From: Gemmatimonadota bacterium
GTDB lineage: Bacteria; Gemmatimonadota; Gemmatimonadetes; Gemmatimonadales; GWC2-71-9
Assembly (NCBI GenBank): GCA_036679605.1
Contig: JAZDCZ010000327.1
Span: 29,094 to 93,093, forward strand
Length of the DNA stretch: 64,000 nucleotides
Reading direction: 5' to 3'
Below, piece by piece: positions 18,837 through 26,607 of the stretch. Numbering within the stretch: position 1 is the stretch's first letter; each line of letters opens with the position of its first letter. A program made the translations under genes and the position numbers. The notes beneath the pieces were generated by a model. The model saw nothing but the letters and a program-made list of their open reading frames with translations. It was not told the origin of the DNA and searched no databases.

Positions 18837-20674
18837 TCGGATGTCTCCTTCCACTGGGGCTGGGCCGTCTTGTCGAGCAGGTACGTACCCAGAACCAAAT
18901 AATCCATGTGCGTTCGCATGAAACAACGATGTGCGTCCCTTGGAGTGCAAACTATTGGCTCACCTCGCACATTGAACGACGTGTTCACCAGGACACCGCA
19001 TCCGGTCTGGTTTTCGAACTCCTTGATCAACGCGTGGTAATTGGGGCTGGTGTCGCTGGACACCGTCTGCACGCGAGCCGAGTAATCGATGTGGGTGATC
19101 GCGGGAATGTCAGACCGAGGCACGTTAAGCTGCTCGATTCCCCACAGCTGCTGCTGATCGTCGGTCATGGGAATCTGGCGGCCCTTCTTGACCGGAGCGA
19201 CCAAGAGCATGTAAGGCGAGTCACAGTCCATCTCGAAGTAATCGCTTACCCGCTCTCGGAGAACGCTGGGGGCGAAAGGCCGGAAGCTCTCGCGGAACTT
19301 GATCTTCAAGTTCATCTGTTCTTGCATTTTGGTACTTCTCGGGTCGCCCAGGATAGTTCTCCCACCCAGCGCCCGGGGGCCAAACTCCATTCGCCCGTTG
19401 AACCACCCCACCACCTTTTCGTCGGCCAACACTCCCGCCACCCGCCGGTTTAGCTCGCTACGTTCCAACCGCTCGTACACGCAACCCTCCGAATCAAGAA
19501 ATTGTCCGATCTCTTCGTCGGAGAAGCTCGGTCCGAGGTATGCTCCCCTCATGCTGTCCTTGCCCGGTATGACTTTCCTTGGCTGCTTGCAGTGGCGGTG
19601 CCAAATGAGCTGTGCCACGCCCAGCGCCCCACCGGCATCACCCGCAGCAGGTTGGATCCATATATTCTTGAATGGGCCCTCGCGAAGGAGCCGGCCGTTC
19701 CCAACGCAGTTGAGAGCGACGCCGCCAGCCAGGCAAAGATTCTCAGAGCCCGTCTCTTCGTGAGCGCTTCGCGCCATCCGCATCATGATCTCTTCGGTTA
19801 CTTCCTGAACCGATCGGGCAAGATCCATCTCTCGCTGCGTGAGCTTCGATTCCGGCTGGCGCGGCGGACCGCCGAACAGCTTCGAGAAGGCCCCGTTCGT
19901 CATGGTCAGGCCAGTCAGGTAGTTGAAGTATTTCTGGTTGAGCGTGAACGAGCCATCATCGTGCAGGTCAACCACCTCATCCAGAATCAGCTTCACGTAT
20001 TTGGGTTCACCGTACGGCGCCAGTCCCATCACTTTGTACTCGCCCGAGTTCACCTTAAACCCGGTGAAATACGTGAAGGCGGAGTACAACAGCCCTAGCG
20101 AGTCGGGCCAGTGCAACTCCTTCAACAACTCGATGTCGTTACCCTTGCCAACTCCAAAGGACGCGGTCGCCCACTCCCCCACCCCATCCATGGTGAGGAT
20201 GGTTGCCTCCTCGAACGGAGACGGGAAGAACGCGCTCGCGGCATGGGACTCGTGGTGCTCGGCGTACAACATAGGACCGTCGTAACCCAACGAGTCCCGT
20301 AGCTGCCGATCAATGTACAGCTTGTCCTTGATCCAGAGTGGTCCCGCCTTGAGGAACGAACGGAAGCCTCTGGGCGCCACGCCGAGATAGGTCTCGAGGA
20401 TCCTCTCGAACTTGAGGAGCGGCTTGTCGTAAAACCCTACGTATGAGAGATCCGACACCTGGATCCCGCCGGCTTTCAGGCAATAGCGCACCGCATTGTC
20501 AGGATACGAGGCGTCACCCTTTTTGCGGGTGAAGCGCTCCTCCTGGGCGGCGGCCACGATCTCCCCGTCCTGCAAGAGGCAGGCTGCGCTGTCGTGGTAG
20601 AAAGCAGAGATGCCTAGGATATGTGTGGAATCACCCACGGGCCTCACACCTCGTTCAGTCAGAATAACGGCCAA
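18809..20674 (-). CDS. Carbamoyltransferase (NodU/CmcH/SxtI family)
   Basis: ILGISAFYHDSAA, EERFTRKK, HHESHAASAF, GEYKVMGLAPYG, GGVALNC, EFGPRALG, KFRESFRPFAP, NTSFN; true start may be the GTG near 20638. Confidence 0.95.
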   Translation of the reverse strand: MAVILTERGVRPVGDSTHILGISAFYHDSAACLLQDGEIVAAAQEERFTRKKGDASYPDNAVRYCLKAGGIQVSDLSYVGFYDKPLLKFERILETYLGVAPRGFRSFLKAGPLWIKDKLYIDRQLRDSLGYDGPMLYAEHHESHAASAFFPSPFEEATILTMDGVGEWATASFGVGKGNDIELLKELHWPDSLGLLYSAFTYFTGFKVNSGEYKVMGLAPYGEPKYVKLILDEVVDLHDDGSFTLNQKYFNYLTGLTMTNGAFSKLFGGPPRQPESKLTQREMDLARSVQEVTEEIMMRMARSAHEETGSENLCLAGGVALNCVGNGRLLREGPFKNIWIQPAAGDAGGALGVAQLIWHRHCKQPRKVIPGKDSMRGAYLGPSFSDEEIGQFLDSEGCVYERLERSELNRRVAGVLADEKVVGWFNGRMEFGPRALGGRTILGDPRSTKMQEQMNLKIKFRESFRPFAPSVLRERVSDYFEMDCDSPYMLLVAPVKKGRQIPMTDDQQQLWGIEQLNVPRSDIPAITHIDYSARVQTVSSDTSPNYHALIKEFENQTGCGVLVNTSFNVRGEPIVCTPRDAHRCFMRTHMDYLVLGTYLLDKTAQPQWKETSDWRQEFQLD

Positions 20675-20886
20675 TAAAGCAAGACTTGCACTCCATTCAC
20701 TGCTAACGCGGCAGACACTTCAAGTCAAGATGTTACAAGAGGTTACAATCTGTCCACGCAAGCCAGCGATGGCTTGTTCGATCACGGGTGTTGCGGGGGC
20801 CCTACAGTTCACGACGGTGCCGCATTTTCTATGGATGGCTCCATCGCGCTGTCCGGCCGGTAGGATCCCGAAGCCTCGGAGCGTTT

Positions 20887-22107
20887 CTAGGAGGATTCAC
20901 ACTGACCGCCACAGTACAGGCGTTCATACTCCGCCAGCATGCGGGTAAGATTAAAACGTGTGACGACTCGCTCCCGCCCATGGTCTGTCACTGCTGCCTG
21001 GTGGCCGGCCGAATGCATGGTTCTCTTGAGCACGCGCACGTACTCATCTCGGTCATGCAGATCCACTACCTGATCTTGCAGCTCAGGACCAAGCACATCG
21101 GCATTGGCTCCGACGTCCGTAACCACAGGGATTGCCCCACAGGCCATCGCCTCCAACAAGCTAAGGGACAAACCCTCGCTCAAAGATGAGAGGGCAAACA
21201 CGTCAAACATCCTGTAGTATTCTACCGGGTCGTCCACCCAGCCAACGAATCGGACCACGGCCGAAATTCCGAGAGCCCGCACCTTCGCCTTGAGAGCTTC
21301 TTCTTGAGATCCACTTCCACAAAGCACCAGGTATGCTGGTCTCCTTGACTCAAAGGAAGCGTGCACGCTAGCAAATGCTTCGACTAGCCGGTCGTAAGCT
21401 TTGATGGGTTCCAGCCGACCAACGCTCCCCACAATGCACGCGTTCTGCGGGATGCCTAGGCTGGAAGGAAGAGCGGAACTACGCCGAGGGGCAGGCGAGA
21501 AAACCTCCGTATCGATTCCGTTCTCAATTGTGGTTAGGGATCTGTGGTCAACGCCCATCTCTTGCAGGTCCTTCCGCACCCTATCAGAAACGGCAACCGC
21601 AAAGTGAGTCCATGCCGCAGCATGTCGTCTCAGCCACCTATTGACTGTTCCGTTGTCAAGTGTTAGTCCGTGCTCTGTATAGATGATTCTTGGTACATTC
21701 ACCATCCGAGCAGCTCGAGCACCCTTGTACCAACAGCCGGAGTGCACGTGTACGACATCGGCCTTGAGTTCCCGTAGGCATCGAGCCAACTTGCGCGGAG
21801 CCAACATCGAGAAGCCGGGGACGCACTTCAATACTCTGAAATCCTGGAGCAGTGGTCGGATCGACTCTCCCACTTTCCCTGCCCGCCCCGACAGAGTGAC
21901 AACGGACATGCCAATGCGACTTCCTTGAAAGTGCTTCGCCATTGCTGCGACCAGACTCTCCATCCCGCCGCCGTGAATGTCGAAGACAACGTGTGTGACC
22001 CGCACCTTATCGGAAGGGGAAACTCGATCACACGGTTTAGAACTCAACTGCAGGGCTTGTCTTCCTCTTTCACACTCGGCTCCTGAATCGAGATAGGTCA
22101 ACGCCAT
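20887..22107 (-). CDS. GT4 glycosyltransferase
   Basis: GGMES, TEHG, IENGID, VGRLEPIK, EGLSLSLLEAMACG. Confidence 0.92.
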   Translation of the reverse strand: MALTYLDSGAECERGRQALQLSSKPCDRVSPSDKVRVTHVVFDIHGGGMESLVAAMAKHFQGSRIGMSVVTLSGRAGKVGESIRPLLQDFRVLKCVPGFSMLAPRKLARCLRELKADVVHVHSGCWYKGARAARMVNVPRIIYTEHGLTLDNGTVNRWLRRHAAAWTHFAVAVSDRVRKDLQEMGVDHRSLTTIENGIDTEVFSPAPRRSSALPSSLGIPQNACIVGSVGRLEPIKAYDRLVEAFASVHASFESRRPAYLVLCGSGSQEEALKAKVRALGISAVVRFVGWVDDPVEYYRMFDVFALSSLSEGLSLSLLEAMACGAIPVVTDVGANADVLGPELQDQVVDLHDRDEYVRVLKRTMHSAGHQAAVTDHGRERVVTRFNLTRMLAEYERLYCGGQCESS

Positions 22108-23710
22108 GGACTCTCACTTTCCACGCAAGAGTCTCATGGTCTCCGCCAAGCTCGATCCGAGAGAGATCAAACAAATCCGAGCCAGGAAAGTTTTCTCCGG
22201 GCATGTCTGTGAAGCTCGCCCCATATCCCGCTTCTCGGACAACTGGCCGCCAATTGTCGGGCACATCATCAGCCTGACCAAACGGATAAGCCATAAGGAG
22301 ATCGGTGGACCCGAGGTTCTCTCTCAACGCTTCTATCGGCGCCGTTACCTCGTAGGCTAAGCGCTCTTCGTCCAGCTCCGAAAGCCGTGCATGAGTTGCC
22401 GAATGAGCCCCGATTTCCCATCCTTGCGCCTGCAAACATCGAAGCTCATCCCATCCCATCACATCCAAAAACTGCTGGACTGAACTGTCCAAATCGTGTT
22501 GGAACCGACGATCCGTGTCCACCATATCGGTCGGGACGAAGCAGCAACCGACTATGCCAGCACGCTTCATTATGGGTCTAGCCTGATTGAAGACGCTCCG
22601 ATAACCATCGTCGAACGTCAGAACTGCACAAGCCCGACGCAAACCCCGCGAAGACTTAATGAGTTCAACCGCTTCGCCGGCCGGAATCACTCGGTGGTGT
22701 TTCATCACGTATTGTACCTGGCGCTCAAATACGGCAGGTGAGACTGTCATCCCGTCGCGGCAAAGATCCGTCACACGGTGGAAATTGAAGACGCGAACTG
22801 GATGACGGGCTGTCGCTGTGCGCCACAGATCCCTCAGGGGGCGAAGTACCGTTAGCACGAGAATCGAGACTAGCATCTTCGGCCAATGACCAGGCTTCGA
22901 GTTCCAGTACCCATACCGCCGCAAGGCGTTCCGGACCTGTACTTTGATCCGCTGCGACACCAGTGGTTGCTTGAAAGTGCACCCACCGGGTGCTTGAGGG
23001 TGAGAAGACGTTTCTCCAATGGAAACTCCCGCCAGCACTCTTGACAATATCGACCGCCCCATCTCAACGGCTCGGGATTCCACATCACTGATGCCGTCGT
23101 TCTCGTACACGTGAGCTACCGCTTCTTCGATGATGTCTCCTGTATCCAACCCCTCGTTCATCCAATGTACCGATGCCCCGATCTGTCTCGCACCCTTGAA
23201 GATTTCCCAGAACCCGGGAGGCGCGCCCCTGAAATCCGGCAGCTTGCCACAATGAACGTTAATGGTGCCCTTCACAGGGATCGTGAACAAACTTGGCTTC
23301 AGAATGGGTGCTCCTATCGAGAGTCCCAAGTCGGGACCCCATTCTCTGACTTTTGACAAGGTGTCGCCGAAATGGATATTGTTGGACTCAATCCTAGTCA
23401 CACGGGTTTCCCAGCGTTCCTCACTGCTAACTGTCGGGTGCCGGAACAATCTCCCCGCAATGGCTCTGACGAGGCGGTAAATGCGATACGGAACGAAGAT
23501 GAGCCCGTGCTTACGAACATTCCGCCCGAATCTCCGGGCAACACTTGCCCAATCGTTGGGTGTTGTCTTCCTGCAGATGAGCACCGCATCAAGGCCAGGA
23601 TTATTCATTACCACAGGCCACCAGTCGGTTGACTCAATGTCAAGGGTAGTAAATAGTACGATTCTCACTTCACCAGTCTGGCCAAGTCGAACGATACAGC
23701 GGTTGGGCAT
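22070..23710 (-). CDS. Formyltransferase - polysaccharide deacetylase fusion protein
   Basis: N-half: INVHCGKLPDFRG, GLDTGDI. C-half: FHRV, LTFDDGY, AHSATH, AYPFG. Start may be GTG 23668. Confidence 0.85.
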   Translation of the reverse strand: MPNRCIVRLGQTGEVRIVLFTTLDIESTDWWPVVMNNPGLDAVLICRKTTPNDWASVARRFGRNVRKHGLIFVPYRIYRLVRAIAGRLFRHPTVSSEERWETRVTRIESNNIHFGDTLSKVREWGPDLGLSIGAPILKPSLFTIPVKGTINVHCGKLPDFRGAPPGFWEIFKGARQIGASVHWMNEGLDTGDIIEEAVAHVYENDGISDVESRAVEMGRSILSRVLAGVSIGETSSHPQAPGGCTFKQPLVSQRIKVQVRNALRRYGYWNSKPGHWPKMLVSILVLTVLRPLRDLWRTATARHPVRVFNFHRVTDLCRDGMTVSPAVFERQVQYVMKHHRVIPAGEAVELIKSSRGLRRACAVLTFDDGYRSVFNQARPIMKRAGIVGCCFVPTDMVDTDRRFQHDLDSSVQQFLDVMGWDELRCLQAQGWEIGAHSATHARLSELDEERLAYEVTAPIEALRENLGSTDLLMAYPFGQADDVPDNWRPVVREAGYGASFTDMPGENFPGSDLFDLSRIELGGDHETLAWKVRVHGVDLSRFRSRV

Positions 23711-23719
23711 TCACCGACA

Positions 23720-24919
23720 CTAGTCCGATAGGTTGACGACCGTTGACTTGGGGGCCTCTCGCCGAGTCGGCTCCCAAATAGGGTTCAACTCTCCTCGAAG
23801 CGCGTTGAGCCACGCGTGCATCCCTGCGACCAATCCCAGCGCAAAATACCCTGGAAGGGCAACGAACCGTGGCATCGCACGGGAAGCAGGCCAGAACCAA
23901 GCAACCGCAGCATCGAGCCCAAAGATGGCCACCACGAGAACCACGATCGGCAGAGCCGGCGTCGACGCCGCCACGACCACCAGTCCGATCAATGCCGCCA
24001 GTGTGCCCCAGGGAACCAGCCACCGCACCAACTTGTGACTCACCAGCATCCAGCCAAACCACCCATGTTTGAGTGGATTCAATAGATGACGCTTGTAGTA
24101 AAGTGTCTCGAGGCCGCGGGTCATCGTGCGCACCTTTCGGCGGTACTCGTGGCGGAGCGATCCCTGGCGCGGCACGAAGCAAACGGCGTCCGAAACCGAC
24201 ACCGATCGGTAACCGTGTTCCTTAGCGATAAGCGGCGCCGCAAAATCACGGCTCAGTGCATCCGGAACTACGTGCTCGTGCAAATCTGCTCTGGTTGCGA
24301 AGAAGCATCCGGACGCCCCGACGATACCGCCGGCTTTGGTTTCCCGCTCACGCACCCACATCTCGTATCCCACGTAGCGTGACTCACCCACGTTGGCATC
24401 GCGCTCGCCACTCACAACGCTCACGTCGCGGCCGGACGCAATACCTACCGTTTCATCGAGGAACGCCGCGACAAGCGGCTTGAGCGAGTTGGGGGCCAGT
24501 CGCACAGAGGCATCGGTATTGACCACGACCTCGCCTATGACGTGGTGTCGAGCAGCGTTCTCGGCAGCGGTCTTGCCCGATCTCTCTGCCTGTCTGAATA
24601 GCTCAACCCCTCGGCCCGCGTAACTCTTGACAATCTCATCGGTGCGATCGGTCGATGCATCGGATACGACCAGGATGTGTTTTAGGTGTGATGGATAATC
24701 GACGGCGAGAAGGACATCCAAGGTCCGGGCAATCACGTGCTCCTCGTTGTAAACCGGCAGCACGATAGTGATCTCGGGCCACTCGTCGGGCTCCACGTAC
24801 GCCGAGTGACGTGACTTTCTACCCAGCACGAGCAGGATGAGCGGATACAGCACGTAGGCGTAGAGACCGACACTCAATCCGACGGCGACTAGGATCCAAC
24901 CCACCAGGCTCAGTGACAT
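23720..24919 (-). CDS. GT2 glycosyltransferase, membrane anchored (CESA/IcaA-like)
   Basis: YAYVLYP, PVYNEE, VSDASTD, GKTAA, TDA, RRKVR, SHKLVRW. Confidence 0.92.
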   Translation of the reverse strand: MSLSLVGWILVAVGLSVGLYAYVLYPLILLVLGRKSRHSAYVEPDEWPEITIVLPVYNEEHVIARTLDVLLAVDYPSHLKHILVVSDASTDRTDEIVKSYAGRGVELFRQAERSGKTAAENAARHHVIGEVVVNTDASVRLAPNSLKPLVAAFLDETVGIASGRDVSVVSGERDANVGESRYVGYEMWVRERETKAGGIVGASGCFFATRADLHEHVVPDALSRDFAAPLIAKEHGYRSVSVSDAVCFVPRQGSLRHEYRRKVRTMTRGLETLYYKRHLLNPLKHGWFGWMLVSHKLVRWLVPWGTLAALIGLVVVAASTPALPIVVLVVAIFGLDAAVAWFWPASRAMPRFVALPGYFALGLVAGMHAWLNALRGELNPIWEPTRREAPKSTVVNLSD

Positions 24920-24929
24920 GTGCTGCGCC

Positions 24930-26489
24930 CTAGTTCACGTCACTGATCTGCCGCGGCTTCAACACCCACCCACCAAACCCATCTGGCACTAGGATTCCTC
25001 TAGCCGTGATGGATGCCCCCGGTATCATCCCGGTCACATTAAAACGTGGCGGTGCTGCAGCACCACCCACCAACACGATTTTCAGCGGGCCCGAACCGTC
25101 GTCGACCGTCACAACAAAGTTGGTATCTACGGTAGCAGTATCGGTGATCGGCGCAGTCAAAACTTGCGCGAACGCAGCGTCGAGTCTTCCCCCATCAGCA
25201 GTAGCTGCAATTCCCGTTGTCACCTGCTCTGGTGGCGGCGTGTTACCGAAACTCAGAACGAACGCCGTCACATTATCCATGATCGGCTGCCCATCGCGCA
25301 TCGCCGTCGTACCGACCAATCTCACACTGTCGCCAGCGAAGCTCGTTATCTGAGCCACACGTGTCGCCATGATGGTGCCCGAGCTGTCCGACACACTGAT
25401 CGTACTATCCCCAAAGGCAGTCCACGAATTGAGAGCCACACCGTCAATGAACACACGCGCCCCCGCGGCCATCCCGCGCACCCTCCCAATCGACAACACC
25501 GGCACGTCCAGCGTCACATCCGCCGCAGACCTCGGCTTGAGTCGCCACGATCCCGCTCCGTCGGACACAAGAACACCCTTAAGTGTCGTCAAGTCCGCAC
25601 CCGGTATCAAAAATGGTCCCAGGTTGAACGTGATGTCGCCGTCCAATGCGACGTCCAACGCTCCCGATCCGTCGTCTACGGTGACGACGAGGTCGTTGGT
25701 GACGGTCGCAGTGTCGGTGATCCTCGCGCTGTCGATGACTACGAAAGCTGCATCCAATACGCTCCCGTTCGCAGCCGCGGCGGTCACAGTGGTGAGAGTG
25801 TCAGGCACGGGCAACTCGGCGATTGCAAGCACCAGGGGAGCGCGCCGGTCGAGATTCAACACCGGCTGGCCGTCCCTGGTCGCCATCGTGCCACGCAGGC
25901 GCACACTGTCGCCCGGAAAGGCCACGCCTAATCCGGTCTTGATCGCCCTGATCGTGCCCGACGTATCGGCCACGTGCATTGTCGAATCACCGAACGTACC
26001 GGCGGTGTTGAGCGCAATTCCATCTACGAACACCTTGCTTCCCACCGGAAGCGCCCTGGCCTCGGCCGCGAGCAACAGCGGAAAGCTGATTGCCACCGCG
26101 ATGTCCACCGAGTCGTCCGGCGTCACCCGGATGTCAGCCGTGTCGATCCGCGCCACTATAGTGGTGTCGCCGATCGTGGTGGTGTCCACCACCACGCGGT
26201 AATCTCCCACGGGTACCGACGAGAGATCCAACACACCCTGGTCGTCCGATGTGGCAATCACCACGGTGTCCGACGTCCCCGCAGCCAACAGCGCCACCCT
26301 AACCTGCGCCAACGGAGTGTCGTTTACATCGGGCTCGCGATTCGCGTTCGCATCAAAGTAGACCAGCCCGGTCAACACCCCGCTCGTCTGAATCGCCAAT
26401 ACGCGATCTTCCCCCGCACCGGTACAGGCCGTGCCGAGAAACCCTGCGACAGCCGCCACGAACAGAAATTGCTTCCCATGAACCCCCAA
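24930..26489 (-). CDS. Lipoprotein with an SdrD-B-like domain and a duplicated beta-rich (OB-fold-like) module
   Basis: Lipobox-like FLGTAC; GLVYFDANAN; two ~190 aa repeats (VF.DG.ALN...FGDST...GDSVRL.GT...RDGQP...ITDTATV...VVTVDDGSG...W.LKPR). Start uncertain; the ORF extension to 26615 spans a REP-like repeat. Confidence 0.65.
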   Translation of the reverse strand: MGVHGKQFLFVAAVAGFLGTACTGAGEDRVLAIQTSGVLTGLVYFDANANREPDVNDTPLAQVRVALLAAGTSDTVVIATSDDQGVLDLSSVPVGDYRVVVDTTTIGDTTIVARIDTADIRVTPDDSVDIAVAISFPLLLAAEARALPVGSKVFVDGIALNTAGTFGDSTMHVADTSGTIRAIKTGLGVAFPGDSVRLRGTMATRDGQPVLNLDRRAPLVLAIAELPVPDTLTTVTAAAANGSVLDAAFVVIDSARITDTATVTNDLVVTVDDGSGALDVALDGDITFNLGPFLIPGADLTTLKGVLVSDGAGSWRLKPRSAADVTLDVPVLSIGRVRGMAAGARVFIDGVALNSWTAFGDSTISVSDSSGTIMATRVAQITSFAGDSVRLVGTTAMRDGQPIMDNVTAFVLSFGNTPPPEQVTTGIAATADGGRLDAAFAQVLTAPITDTATVDTNFVVTVDDGSGPLKIVLVGGAAAPPRFNVTGMIPGASITARGILVPDGFGGWVLKPRQISDVN

Positions 26490-26545
26490 GCTGCCGCTTG
26501 GGGTTAGATGGGGCTCTCCTATCCCTATCCAACCAGCTGCCGGTC

Positions 26546-26573
26546 TAACCCCAGGCGCAAGCCTGGGGCTCCC
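26546..26573 (-). repeat. REP-like palindrome, copy 1
   Basis: GGAGCCCCAGGCTTGCGCCTGGGGTTAG on the minus strand; related copies at 32029, 32986 and 37344. Confidence 0.7.
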
Positions 26574-26607
26574 GACAACGCAGGACTCTCCACTCCGTAC
26601 TCCCTTG

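Noticed and set aside
18267..20674. Saxitoxin biosynthesis cluster
   Set aside because: Only the widespread sxtI/J/K-like triad is present; no sxtA or sxtG-like core genes
25164..26507. Long plus-strand ORFs here and opposite other genes (e.g. 4006-4758, 61383-62519)
   Set aside because: Antisense shadows of well-supported genes in GC-rich DNA, with no motifs
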